Assembly (NCBI GenBank): GCA_964016885.1
Contig: OZ024740.1
Coordinates: forward strand, 269,080,001-269,144,000
Direction: 5' to 3'
DNA from: Eledone cirrhosa
Lineage: Eukaryota
DNA length: 64,000 nucleotides
The translations under genes and the position numbers were made by a program. The notes under the pieces are model-generated. The model was not told the DNA's origin and did no database searches. It saw only the letters and a program-made list of their open reading frames with translations. Positions 39,033 to 53,651 of this stretch are shown here, one piece after another. Each line of letters opens with the position of its first letter. Position 1 is the stretch's first letter.

Positions 39033-42000
39033 ACTGGTCATGATTAGACGGAGTAGCTATTCAGTATAACCACTGTTGTGTTATCACTTCTACCTAACTC
39101 GTCCCATGGACTGAGTGCTCTACCACTGCGGATATTACCTTCCAGTGTTCTACCTCTCTCTCGCTCTCTCTCTCTATATATATATATATGTGTGTGTGTG
39201 TGTATATATATATGTATATACATGTATGCATGTGTATGTATATGCGCGGGGACATAGAAATAATCGGGCTGGAAGCCCTAGCACGCAGTTAAACCACTGG
39301 GAGTGAAGGACCCCTAGCCTTTGTCAGGGCATTCGTGTAGGAGAAGGCAACCCAGGAAACTGGGATAACTTCAACATAAAACATGCGGCTCAGTAGTTTC
39401 CGATGATGTTGGTCTTTTCTTCTTATCAGGTTATGGCTACTGTCGCTCAGAGAGTGGGATTGGCTCTGTTTACAGTTTTTCCTCACTTAAAAAAGATTTT
39501 CACGCTCAGGCATTGCACGATAGCATTAAATGATAATCATTAATAATATTATATCGTGCAATGGCCATATTCGATAACGAGAGGGCAGCCATCATGTATG
39601 TATGTATGTAGGGTCACTCTTGAGTGCTCCTGGTATCATGTAACCCAGTACAACCTGTCACATGGTCAGGTCGTCGGCGACTAAACCGGCAACCCCACCA
39701 AGTTTACTTGGTGAGGAGGGTGATTTGGGACACCCTGCAGGACAAAAAATATCCTCACGCACAGGCATTGCACGATAGAATTAATTAATTGTTTCTACTT
39801 TAAGCACAAGGCCAGCAATTACCCAGTGCATTACTGGTACTTTATTTTATCGACCCCATAAGGATGAAAGGCAAAGTCAACCTCGGCGGGATTTGAACTC
39901 AGATCGTAAAGGGACGTAACTATGCTGGAAATCATGGCGTCCGACCTTCTACCGATACTGCCAATCCACCGCCACGATAGAATTAATTAATAATTATTAA
40001 TAATGGTATATCGTGCAATGGCCATACTCGATAACGAGGGGACAGCCACCATGTATGTAGGTATGTACGTATGTTCTTCTGGTTCTATAATTTTATAAAT
40101 ATTTAACAATAGAGAGAGTTGGTTTTTAACATAGATATCAGACTCTCTCATTGGAATTGAAACATCAACTTGGTGGATATGTCTGCATGCATTAGCGTGT
40201 GTGTGTGGAGGTATGGATGTTATTGTATGTGTGGATGTGGATGTTTTGACTTATATGTGAGCATGTGCATATGTTTTGTATCTGTACATGTGTACATGGA
40301 ATTATTACATGCAGAATCTTTGGAATGTGTTACATATGTTTACTGTTCCATTAATGGATTGTACTTGTATGTATGTATGAATGTATATATGTATGTATGC
40401 ATGTATGTATGTATGTATGTATGTATATATATATATGTTGGTGCTACTGGTAACATGTATCCCAGTACAACCTGTCTCATGGTTGGGTCGTTGGCGACTA
40501 AACTGGCAACCCCAACAAGTTTTCTTGGTGAGGAGGGTGACTTTGGACATCCTGCAGGACTAAAACTAAAAACAAAACCTGTCAAAAAGCAAAGGAGCTC
40601 TTAAGAGTCAATGGCCATCCAAAATCACCGAGAGAGATGACCCCTTAGCCTTTATCAAGGCAGAATTCTAGGAGAAGGAAAACTCTGATATAACACCTGC
40701 AACCCTGATGGTATCCAATGATGTTGACTTGTTCTTCTTTTTTGGTAAATATCATCTTGGTTAAGAAAGTGGGACTGGCTTTGTGCAGTGCCTTAGCTCA
40801 CTATAAAATCTTCACGGCACAGGCATTGCTTTATATCTGGAGATCTCTCTGCACTTGTCGTCACATGGTACCATGGGCCCAGCACTATGTGTCAGTAATT
40901 GTCACAAGTGTAGTGTTTGTACCAGTTTTCAAGTCGCTGGGTGGACTAAAAAGCCACACTCGTTCAGCGCATCGGTAGGAGTTCTCCTACATGGATATAC
41001 AGTAGTGGCCGTACTCGAAAACGAGTTGGCAGCCACCATGTATGTATGTATGTATGTATGTATGTATGTATGTATGTATGTATGTATGTATGAAAGGATT
41101 GGTGGATGAATGGGTGGAAGAGGGATGAATGGTTTGATGGTTGGATGGATGAGAAGATGTATTCATGCATGTGTATATATATACATGAATGCATATACGT
41201 ATACTCACATAAATTTGTGCAAATATGAATTCATGCTTGTAAATATGTTTTAGCTTTATTGGTAAAATTTCGCACCTCTGAAAAGTTGGTTTCCAACCAA
41301 GAATCATGGTCCTTTCGTTGGACTTTAGACAATATGAACTAGGTATGTAGTATTATATACATTTGCCTTCTTATGCATATGTGCATACACGCATTACATG
41401 TCTGTGGGTCTGTATGTCTTAACATATGTTTATGTATACATGTATATGTTTGCATATCCACGCGTGTGAGTATGTAGCTATAATTAGCTAAGCATATGAA
41501 ATTATTTACACATTTTCAGTTACATTAATGCTTTATAATAGTAATTTCTTTCTAGTTTTGTGAAGACCAGTTTTTACAATTGGTGTTAAGACATTTAGTT
41601 ATATAACCAATTGCCTCAGTAATCACAATTGTAAATCTGAAATTATAGTCTGACAATCTTACCGAAATATTTCTTATTAGTTCGGCATATATATTTTCCT
41701 TTTTATCAAAATTATGTTACCGTCTTCTTGACAATTGATTTCTACTACTGTGCACATTTTATTTTCTCTATCTCAGATCATTATGCCTGGTCCGTAGTGC
41801 CTACATTTTACGGAGGTTTTGACAGGAACATTTCACCAGTATTCTTTCATAATATGGGTGAGTATACCATCGACATCACTATAACTTCTTTTATTGTAAA
41901 CTTAAAGTCGATTCTCAGTACGGATTACATTGTATAATGTTTCGGTCACCACATCATGCTTCAAATCTGATGTCATTTTTTGGCAGCAGTTGTTTATGCT

Positions 42001-44520
42001 TCTCTTACACTTCGGTGTTAATTTCACGGGATTTGCATCGGTGTCACATTTAGGTGTTTTCCATATATCTTAGTCCATTTGATGAATCATTTAGTATACA
42101 ATGTTATTGTCACTTAAACATTCTTTAAAAATATAGTCATGCATTACATTTTGCTTGTAAATACGGACGAAACCGTTGCTAATATTGGTTGTGTAATGTG
42201 GAATAGAAAGAACACTGTTGTTCATTCATAACAAAAATGGCGATTTTAGATGTGAGAATTGTCGCTTCCTAGTTGACAGGATAGGAAAAATTTCCTTTTC
42301 GAAAATGGGACACAGACAATATTTTGGATTCGTGATGACTTTAGGTATTTAACTGGCGAATGTTTGTGAGAACGTACACTAGTAAATCAAAGTAATTGTT
42401 GTTTTGAAACACTGTCACTTTGGTAAGTTTTCAAGAGCACAAAGGTGTCGCATATAGTAAGAAGCTCTAAACATAGAAAAGGTCAGATTTGATTTTGATT
42501 TGTGAAACGAAACTTAGCAAAAGATTTAATACCGGTAAGACTACACATTTGGTCAAAATATGCAATTTATGTAAAAAGTGAAAACAATATGTAAACTGAT
42601 TATAAAAATGTAACAATCTCTCCGTTCTTTCATACTTTTGGAGAATTATTCTCAAATTAAATTAATCTGCTAATGATTTCAGATAGTTATTTATAATTTA
42701 TAATTAAGTGAAACGTCGGTCTGTTAATAATGTACCAAAAAGAAAATTTATCAATAAAATCTCCATAAAAAACGGGAAGTGAACGAAACCGATATTGTAT
42801 GGAATTAAATGCATTAGAATATTTAGTTTTATGACTTCATTCTGAAACGAAAAACAATTGGCATAGCTTTCGTCAGTCACGTCTCTGGAATCAATAATAT
42901 AAGTATTAGTAATATTTAGTAGGATAAATCAGATAAGCCTTTTTCCCTAGAACAACTCGTCTGGTGTCATAGCAATACATTTAGTTATGCGCAGAAATTC
43001 TCTTCAAGACAGTTGTAGGAAGATAGGGTCAACAACAACAAAAATATGGTATACAAAATAAAACATATTTAGATGTATCACTAAGAAATCAATATAGTTA
43101 GAATATCATTGTCAAATCATATTGGATTCATTGAACTATACATACAGTTACAAATCAACTAAGAAGGACAGTTTCACCGAAACTTATCACACGGCTCAGA
43201 ATATCTGAGAGAAAATGTGCTGCTTTTACTTTAAACACATAACATCACTATATAGGAGAAATCAAAATATTTTATCAATTTCTAGCATGGGTTTCACAAC
43301 TTGGGGAATAGTAACATCATATATAGAGAAATAGTAGCATCATATCTGAAATCCAAGGTTTTGTATTGTGAATAATAATTTTAGAATTTAAAGTCGATAG
43401 CGTAATATGTTTTTATTTTTGAATATTTTATAAATTGCGTTGAACACAATAAATCTTTTATTAACTTAACATTTGATATATTATAATATAATTTGAAATA
43501 TTATAATAGTTTTATTTTACTACATCTTTTATGTTTTGTTTTGTTTTGTTAATGAACCACAAACAACAGTTAAAAATGTACAAATCATTTACAAACAGAG
43601 GCCTCATATTTATTCATTTCATTGATTATTATTACTATTAGGAAAGCGACGGCAGTTTCCATGATTCTTGTCAGGGCCTGCGAGATTGGTAGATATGAGG
43701 CAGGATAATGTTTTTAAACCGTTGTCCTGGTCCAAATGCTTGCAACAGATTGTATTCTGTTGAAGAACCCGTGGCAGTTGGCAATGTGATACAGGGTGGA
43801 GGATTACGTCTATTATCCAAGTAGGTCACAGCGGAATTTGAACTCAGAGCGCAAAGTAACGGAACGAATACTGCCATGCATCTTCTTTGACGCTTTAAGA
43901 AATCAAGCAATCACTCCGCAGTAGACTTGTACATTATTTTATCCACTTTGAAAGAATGAATGGCAAAGCTAACCTCGGTCGGATTCGGACACATACATTA
44001 CAGAGACCGAATAAGAGCTGGAAAATATTTTTTCCTATTCACTAACAAGTCGTTCTTGGCAACTTCCACACCATTAACCAAGTGTTTGAATTTGTTATCG
44101 TCCTACTAACATTTATATTCATTTATCAATGTAATAACTGATAACTGGAGGTGTTGTTGAAAAATTAGGTTATCACAATGATGGATAAATAGACAGTAAA
44201 TTTCAATAAAATTATATCTTTAATTGAAAGTATTTCTTCTGTTTGCTAATTACTTTAACTTGTGAGGTACCAAATTAGTGTAAAATCTGTATCGTATCTC
44301 TCATCTCTAGCTCTATAACTTTCTGTCTCTCTATTTCTTCATATCTTCATATATATATATAAATTAATAAAATAATGAATAAACAAAGAAACAGTTCCTT
44401 ATATTAAAAAAATTCATCATTTTACGATCGTTTCTAGGACATATATGTTTTAGTGTTGGTATGCATATTCTATAGATCTATGTAAAATATTTATACAAAC
44501 TATCAGAGGGAATATACATA

Positions 44521-44583
44521 CCTACACATATATATGCTGTCTTCAGAAATATTATTTCTGAAGACAGAATATATATGTGTAGG
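44521..44583. repeat. Near-perfect palindrome containing a CTGAAGA half-core
   Basis: CCTACACATATATATGCTGTCTTCAGAAATA-T-TATTTCTGAAGACAGAATATATATGTGTAGG. Confidence 0.9.
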
Positions 44584-44765
44584 CTTTTTGCCCATATGAG
44601 TTTGTGAGTATTGATTTATTATTTTTTAGATCGTACAGGCAAACTTTATGTAGTTGAATTAAGATATTTCATTCTAACGATTTTATTAGTCAATTGCAAC
44701 TAAAACATGTAAATGTTCATCAAATATTAATTTATATAAATGTATATATATATATATATGGGGGG

Positions 44766-44828
<63 letters not shown>

Positions 44829-45254
44829 CGTGTGTGTGTGCGTGCGTGTGTGTGTATTGCTCAATGAGGTCTATGAATTTGGATGCAATAGTATCTGCAT
44901 ACCTGGTCTTGACTTGCTTATGCCCCAGTGATTCCTACATTATCCTGTTAGTTGACCTGAACGTGTCACTTTTATGGGCTTCTTTGGCTTTAGGTAGTTT
45001 CAAGTTGTAGAAGAAAAAGATTAATACGTAAAATTATTAAGCATATTATCTGACAAGAGTATAGGTTAAACAAAGTGTTAAAGATAATCACTGCCTAAAG
45101 TCTACTAATATGGAATTTAAGAATTTTCATTAGGAACAGTAACACAATTATTCAAGCGTAAGAAGTTGTCTGAACGAACATACCCACAGATGTGTGTTTG
45201 TAGACGCAATTTTATAGGAAGATCTCAAATTAGATTTGTCAGAAGATCGATTCT

Positions 45255-45331
<77 letters not shown>

Positions 45332-45339
45332 ATATATAT

Positions 45340-45650
45340 ATTGTTATACTTTGGGAGGGTCATGTTGCCAATAAGAAACACACGCACCAGTTGCTTTCAC
45401 TCCAATTTATTATTAATTAAATTGTAAATTTTAAAAAAATTATAAATTTCCGGTTGGTTGGTTGGTTCCACAACCGGAGGGTTGTTCATATTTTGTCAAA
45501 GTTCTTTCGCCACACATTCTGTGACCTCATCAGTGACCGGAAATTTATAAAAAATTTTAAATTTATAATTTAATTTATAATAAATTGGGGTGAAAGCAAC
45601 TGGTACGTGTGTTTCTTATCGGCAACATGACCCTCCCAAAGTGTAACAAT
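45340..45650 (-). mobile_element. Foldback PLE terminal cassette (IRs 45340-45454/45536-45650)
   Basis: The arms end in ATGACCCTCCCAAAGTRTAACAAT, like the PLE tail at 756-780. Confidence 0.85.
45495..45537 (-). ncRNA. Minimal hammerhead
   Basis: GTCA-CTGATGA-G-GTCACA(loop)TGTGGC-GAAA-GAAC-TT-TGAC. Confidence 0.85.
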
Positions 45651-46748
45651 ATCGGTTTCAACACACGTTTTCAGATAAAGAATCTTGTAAACAAATTCAG
45701 AACCGATATATATATATATATATATATATATTAAATTTGAGACAGTAAACAGAAAACAAAAAAACAACGTGGAAGCGAAGAGGCAGTACAAATGTTAATA
45801 TTAGTTACACGCTTGAGAGTGAGGGGTGGGGGACGACGTTTCGGCCATAAACCCTTCATCAGGAGAAAAGTGGGCAGGAAGAGAGTTCCGAGGTTGTGTG
45901 GGGGAGTGGTGGAAAGACATTAAAAGGGGGATGGTAGAGAGTAAAAAAATAAAAAAGAAAAAGAAACAAGTGGTGAAAGGGTGTGAGGCGTGTAGGGGTG
46001 GTGGTGGGTGGAGAGGGGAGAGGGAGACGGGGGTCCGAACGTGGAGGGCTGAAAGAGGGGTGTGTGTATGTGTGTAGATTTACGTGTGTGTGTGTGTGTG
46101 TGTGTGGATGTGAATGTGAGAGTTGGGGGAAGAACGATGTTCCATGTTCGGGTAATAGGGAAACCGGTGTGTACATGGGGTGGGGTGTCAATCGGTGTGT
46201 GTGTGCGTGTGGATGGAGACGGGGTGGGGGAGAGGGGGTGGGGGAGGGGGTGGGGGGCGTGTGGAGTCCGGAGGCTGAGTGTGTTTATGTGAGGATACGC
46301 ACGTGTGTGTGTGTGTTTATATGTGGTGTGGATGTAGCGTGGTGCGAAAATAGTGCAAGTGTTTGTGTGTGTGTTCCTGGGGTTTTTCACGGACTATGAG
46401 ACCGGATGTTGGGGATTCTGGATAGCTGGAGTGATGGACCAGTGGTGTAAAATCCTGGTATGGTAGTGAGGAAGTGGAGAGTTGTGGGGGTGCGCGCACA
46501 ACAGGATGTGGTCAGAGGGTCAAAGCAGGGCGAAGGAGGTGGGAGGAAGGAGATAGCAGTAGGGAGTTGACAGCAGGTAAGTAGTGAGGAGGCTGACAGG
46601 TATAGATATGGTCTGTATGTGGTGTGGAATGTGTGTGCGGAGGTGCGGTGAACAGTGAAGGGGATGGGTAGGTGTGAAAGGTGGAGGGAGAGGGTGGTGG
46701 TGTTGGGGGATTTGTGTGTATATTAGTGGAGGTGTGAGTGGGATGTGT

Positions 46749-47009
46749 CAGGTCACTCTTGAGTGCTACTGGTAACATGTAAACCAGTACAACCAGTCGC
46801 ATGAGCGGATCGTTGGCGACTTGGTGGGGTTGCCAACCCCACCAAGTTTACTTGGTGAGGAGGGTGATTTTGGACACCCTGCAGGACAAAAAACAAAACC
46901 TGACAAAGGGCGAAAGAACTGATAAGAGTCAACAGCCATCCCAAAATGTGTAAATATGTATATACACATGTACATATGTATGTGTATGTGTATAGGTGTG
47001 TATATACCT
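46749..47009 (+). mobile_element. Short family C SINE fused to the RTE 5' end
   Basis: Aligns along its length with the free copy at 38518-38750. Confidence 0.85.
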
Positions 47010-47198
47010 GGGGTGACAGGGAGGGGCATGTACCTCTGTAGGGGGAGGGGGCTAGCCATGCCCTTTTCAGGACAGCTCGTCCTGCATTGGGTCCCACCTG
47101 ACACTCGGCTCTCACCTGTGGCCCCAAGAAGCTGTAGCATGCGACAGCAGCCACACCCTGGTAAACCGCCTTGGCTGGCGGGCCGAACCAGGTTGAGG
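47010..47198 (+). ncRNA. Candidate HDV-like ribozyme at the RTE 5' end
   Basis: P1 GGGGTG/CACCCT with a G1.U wobble, P2 CTCACCTG/CAGGTTGAG, P3 GGC/GCC, P1.1 CC/GG, P4 CCGCC/GGCGG, J4/2 CGAA. Confidence 0.55.
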
Positions 47199-50100
47199 AT
47201 AGCCGGACAGGTCTGATCCCCCACTCCCCTCTCCAGTGAGTTAGATAGGGGATGCCTGCCCCTGCATGCGAAGACTGGACCCGGCGGAGTGAGTGGAGAA
47301 GGACAACATCGTCCCAACGGTCACGAAGGCAGCGACAGCAAGCGGTGTGGAGCGCTAGGGCACAGCAAGGCACTACAGACGTCGTGGCCATCCACTGCAG
47401 CCAAGGAAGGCCCTGGTCATGACGGTCCTCCGTACCACCGGATTCTGGCTTCTGCGGCCGAGTGAGTGGGACCTTCACTGTTCACTGGCCCTCCCACTAT
47501 AAACCTTTCCCGCACAGGTTTCTTTTTTAGCGTGCACTCCCAAAACCCCTGCGGCGATGGGCGAGAGGCGGAGGTAGCAGGTGGAGGTAACCTCTGGGAG
47601 TTGCCAGTCTCAAACCCACACGTGGGCGGCCTGGATGCGCAAGTCGTTCTCCTCCTGACCCTGGGATGACAGAGGAGATCAGGCGTTCCACGGGGCGATT
47701 GAGCAGCCCTTTTAAGGGGAGCACTGCTCACCCTCGCACGAGAGCAGGGGCAATAAAAGTAGCCCTAAACAAATGCTCGTCCCAGACAAAGCCGGCCAGT
47801 CTATCGCGGCTGGCGGTTTTACCCTTCCAAGCGGTCGAAACCAACATAATAGAAAGAAGAATTTGATTCTTGGCGCAGGTAATGTGCCCACCCTCATGGA
47901 TAGGGAAACCTCCTTGAGGCCAGAGAGAAGAACTGCCCTCATAGCAAAGGAATTAGCTCGCTACCGGATCGACATAGCCGCCCTCAGCGAGACTAGACTT
48001 GCCGAAGAAAGATCAGTAGCAGAACCGAAAGGAGGCTACACATTTTTCTGGAAGGGCAATGCAAAGGACGAGGACAAAATCCACGGGGTAGGCCTGGCCA
48101 TCAGGACTTCCCTCTGCAAGCAGATACCAGACCTCCCAACACCTGTGAGTGAGCGGCTGATGCAGCTCCGCTTCCTCCTCGACCCATCTCGGCATGTCAT
48201 AGTCATCAGCGCGTACGCACCCACTCTCACCAGCAGCGATGATACAAAGGACGCTTTCTATACGGAACTCAACGCTTCGTGAAGGGCGCCCCCCCCCCCC
48301 CCAAGCGATAAACTCAACCTACTGGGGCACTTCAACGCAAGAGCCGGGTCTGACAGCAGCAACTGGAGAGGCGTGCTGGGACCTCATGGCACAGGGAAGC
48401 TGAACTCTAACGGCCTCATACTGTTGAGTTTCTGCGTCGAGAACGACCTCACCATCACCAGCACACTGTTCCGCCAGGCAGACAAGTTGAAGACGACATG
48501 GATGGACCCCAGATCCAAACAGTAGCATCTGATTGACTTTGCCATATGCCACAGGAGGGATATCCGTGACGTCAGAATCACCATTGCCATGCGTGGTGCA
48601 GAGTGTTGGACCGATCATCGTCTTGTCAGGACCATCCTGTCACTGCACATCACCCCGACGCATCACAAGACACCGAAAGTCTGTAGGCCAGCTTTCGACA
48701 GCGCACGACTCAAGCAACCAGAGCATCGTGATGCATTCGCGGAAGACCTGGACGGCCGGATGACTGCCCATGGACCACTCACCGGACCCCCAACTCGACA
48801 GTGGGACAAGTTCAGGTCAGTGGTGACAGTCGGCCAAGGCAAACATCGGGCCGAGGAAGAGAGTCCACCAGGACTGGTTTGATGAAAACAATGAGCGCAT
48901 CAGACAACTCCTGGACGAGAAGAGGAGGGCTTTCATTGAGTGACAGAATGACAGCTCCTCCACCGTTTCAAGCACCCCCAGAGGCAGACCCAAGCAGCGC
49001 TACGCAGAATGCAGGACAAGTGGTCGGAAAAGAAGGCCGAAGAAGTCGAGAGATACACTGACACAAAGAACTCCAAGATGTTCTTCAGCGCCATCGCGGA
49101 CGTCTACAGACACTCCAAGCCTGTCACCACACCGCTGCTGACTGCTGACGGCTCGATCCTCGAGGTGGAGAGAGCATTTCAGCAACCGGCTCAACAGGCC
49201 CTCCACTGTCGACCCTGCCGCCCTCTACCAGGTCCCACAGAAGCCCGTAGTCGGCAGCCTCGACCCCCCCCCCCCCCCCCACGTTGGATGAAGTCACGAA
49301 GGCAATCAACCAGACAAGCCCAGGAAAGGCCACTGGGAAGGACGGGATTCCTGCCGAGATCTTCAAGTCGGCCGGTCCAGCTGCCTTGGGGGCCTTCCAC
49401 ACCCTTCTCGCCAGCATATGGGAGGAAGAAAAGGTGCCCAAAGACTTCAAGGATGCCACAGTTGTCTTGCTTTTTAAGAACAAAGGCACCAAAACTGACT
49501 GTGGCAACTATCGGGGCATTTCTCTCCTGTCCATCGCTGGGAAGGACCTGGCTCGAGTCATACTCACACCGCCCCATCGCCAACATCTCGGAGGACAACC
49601 TGCCTGAGGCCCAGTGTGGGAACCGCCCAAACCGCAACACGTTCGAAATGATCTTTTCTGTATGCCAGGTGCAGGAGAAGTGTGTCGAGCAGAACATGGA
49701 CCTCTTTTCCGTCTTCATAGACTTGACGAAGGCCTTCGACACTGTCAATAGGGAGGCCCTCTGGTTGATCCTGTCGAAGTTTGGATGCTCGACAAAGTTC
49801 GTTAACCTGATACGGCAATTCCATGACGCCATGACTGGGCAGGTGTGCTCCGGCGGAGAGGCGTGGGAGCCGTTCGGAATCACCAACGGCGTCAAGAAAG
49901 GATGCGTGCTGGCTCCCGTCCTCTTCAACCTATTCTTCGCCTGCGTGCTCAATCATGCCGTGAGGGACCTCGAGCACGGAGTGTATCTGCGATACAGACT
50001 GGACGGCTCCCTGTTTGACCTGCGGCGCCTGAATCAGCAGCGATGGAATCATCGACAACGAGATACATGCAAGGATCTGCAAGGCCAGTCAAGCCCTTGG

Positions 50101-50783
50101 CCACCTGAGGACACACGTCCTGAACCAGCACAATATCAGGCAGTCCACCAAGCTCAAGGTGTACAGGGCCGTTGTTCTCACCAGCCTCCTCTACGGATGT
50201 GAGACATAGACCGTGTACAGCAGGCACCTGAAGCAGTCTGCGGTCAATCATGAACATTAAATGGCAGGACAAGGTCTCCATCCTCGAAGTTCTTGACATA
50301 GCTAAGACAACCAGTTTCGAAGCTATAATACTGAAGAGCCGACTACGATGGGTGGGACATGTCATCCGGATGGACGATCACAGATTTCCGAAGCAACTGA
50401 TGTGTGGGGAACTCTGTTCGGGGAAACGAAAGCGAGGCAGGCCTCTCAAGAGGTTCAAAGACTGCGTCAAGTCCGCTATCAACAACACTGGAATCGCCCC
50501 AAAACAACTCGAGTCCCATGCTCAGGACAGGACTGAGTGGCGAGCCCTTACCAGACGCGCCAAGGACTCTTTTGAAGAGAAGAGAAGGACAGAGGTCACT
50601 GAGGCCCGGCAAAGGAGGAGAAATGCATCAACAGCGGCCCCAAGCGACTCCGGTCTCTTCCACTGCCCCCACTGTCCCCGGACCTGCAAGTCAAGGGATC
50701 GGCCTCCACAGCCACCTTCGTGTCCTCGGCAGACGGGAACTAAAATAAAGAAGATGTCATCATCGTTCACGATGGAAAACCAA
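47010..50783 (+). mobile_element. Full-length decayed RTE-clade (BovB-like) LINE
   Basis: RPERRTALIAKELARYRIDIAALSETR, SAYAPT, CWTDHRLV, NYRGISLLS, FIDLTKAFD, GVKKGCVLAP, RLRWVGHV, CPHC. Many stops and frameshifts, and the YADD region is missing. Confidence 0.95.
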
Positions 50784-51994
50784 GAGTGGGATGTGTATGG
50801 GGGGGGGAGAGAAGGTGTTGGGGACGGTGGGAGGGAGCGTAATGTACTGGTGTGTGTGTGTGCGTGTTTGGATATGAGTGTGTGTGTGTGTGCGGTAGAG
50901 TGGGTGTTAGCATTACTGGTGGTGGGGAGAGGGCTTGAATGCGGGTGCATGAGTGGGGGTTAGTGGTGGTAGTGCGTGTGTGGAGTGGGTTGTGTATCGG
51001 TGTGTAAGTAGGTGTGGGTGAGTGTATATGTGATGGTGTGTGTTCGTGTGTGTGTCGTGAAGGGGAAGGTGGTTTGGGGGTGTTAGTAATATTAGTGGTG
51101 GGGTGGTCAGATGTGGATGTGTGGGTGGGGGTTAGTGGTGGTAGTATGGTGTGTGAATAGTGTGAGTGCGTGTATATATGTACAGTTGGGTGCGTGCGTG
51201 TTGAGGGTGTGGGTGCGCGTGTGCTAGGGGGAGGGGTGGGAATGTTAGTATTATTAGTTGTGGGGTGGGCCAGTGGGTGGGGTGTTAGTATTATCAGTTG
51301 TGGGGTGGGCCAAGGGGTGGGGGAGAGCTGGGAGTGGAGGGGACGGTGAAACTGGGGAGTGTGTTAGTGGTGTTAGTAGGGGATGTGTGGGGAGGAGAGA
51401 GGAGGACGGTCGAATGCTAAAGGAAGAGAGGTGGGGAGTTCAGGCCGGGGGGGGGGGTCTGTAGGGTGAAGATGGTGCGTTGCTCGACCGGGGAGGAATG
51501 AGTGTAACTTAAGGGCTTTGGTGGAGGTGAGGAAGGAGAAGAGGTCGTGGTTGAGGTTTTGGATGAAGTGGAAGATGGAGTGGGCAAGGAGTGGGTGGCA
51601 TGTGGCGTTGAGGCGGAGGAGGCGAGGGGAGTTTGTGGTCGACGTTGCGGATGGTGGAGAGGGAGGAGCGGAGGGAATTGCGCATGAGGAGGCGAGAGGA
51701 AATAGGAGATTTGGAGGCCGAAGGGAGATAGTAGGGTGGGAGGAGTTGGGTGAGGAAATGTTTAAGGCGGGTGTGGAGTTGGTGGAGAAAGGATTTCAGG
51801 CTGGGCATGGTCGGTGTGGAGTGTAAAGCAAGGGGGTGGAAGAGAGGGAAAGTATGTGGAAAAGACAGGTAAACATGTTGAAATGTGTTCCACTCTATCA
51901 ATTCCTCGACATGTCCAGCTCCTGGGTGTGTTGTTAGTCCTCGGAGGACACATTTCAATAACATGTTTACCTGTCTTTTGCACATTAATTCGTA

Positions 51995-52047
51995 CTGCCT
52001 GAAGAGGTCACAGCTAATAATAGCTGTCACCGAAATATATATAGCAG
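51995..52047 (+). ncRNA. Minimal hammerhead
   Basis: CTGC-CTGAAGA-GGTCACAGCTA(ATAA)TAGCTGTCACC-GAAA-TATATA-TA-GCAG. An IR lies upstream at 51861-51889/51948-51979. Confidence 0.88.
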
Positions 52048-52137
52048 AGAATTTATAATAAACGAAGCCAAATTTTAGATGTTTGACTTACTTATTTGAC
52101 ATTACTCCGGAGTACGGTAAACAAGCAACATATACTT

Positions 52138-52191
<54 letters not shown>

Positions 52192-52243
52192 AATATATAT
52201 ATATATATATTGGCTTCTAGCTACAATGTTTTCTATACCTTTC

Positions 52244-53047
<804 letters not shown>

Positions 53048-53065
53048 TATATATATATATATAGA

Positions 53066-53452
53066 TGCATTGCCAAAGAAAAAATTGGATAGCAAAACAA
53101 AGAACTTACATAGATGGTAAAATTGCTATGTTTCAATATTTCTATACAGCTATTTTATGCGTGCAAGAGAAATGGTAAATATAAGATGGTAAATATAAGA
53201 TGGTTAATATAAGATGAACCACTCAATCATAAATTCAAAAGAGGATCTGAACACACATGGTGATGAACGTACTAATAATATGCGGATACAGGCAGGCCAA
53301 GGGGAATGCTAGAAATAACAGTCCATTATGTCTAAAAAGAAGCAGCTCTACTAAAATGTAATGAAACAACTGTATAGAAATATTGAAATTTCGGAATGTC
53401 ACAATCTATGTAAGTCTTTTGACTTGCTATCCGATTTCTTCTTTGGTAATGC
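53066..53452. repeat. Old inverted-repeat cassette between (TA)n tracts
   Basis: GCATTGCCAAAGAA...CTATACAG / CTGTATAG...TTCTTTGGTAATGC. Confidence 0.7.
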
Positions 53453-53481
53453 TTATATATATATATATATATATATATGTG

Positions 53482-53563
<82 letters not shown>

Positions 53564-53570
53564 CGCGTGC

Positions 53571-53651
<81 letters not shown>

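Larger units (their letters stand above)
45745..51830 (-). mobile_element. CA-rich PLE-like remnant (45745-46748 and 50797-51830), split by the SINE+RTE insertion
   Basis: Decayed HHR at 45832-45866 (CTGATGA..GAAACGTCGTC). The same low-complexity GT-rich sequence lies on both sides of the TSD. Confidence 0.5.

Noticed and set aside
39245-39320. Possible twister ribozyme near GGGCTGGAAGCCC
   Set aside because: The twister core and pseudoknots could not be assigned.
47010-50783. Horizontal transfer of the BovB-like RTE
   Set aside because: Known for this clade, but it cannot be tested without a database search.
53245-53305. HHR-like GTGATGA...GATA; similar remnants at 4463-4490 and 25180-25226
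   Set aside because: Too many core mismatches, so they were not counted.
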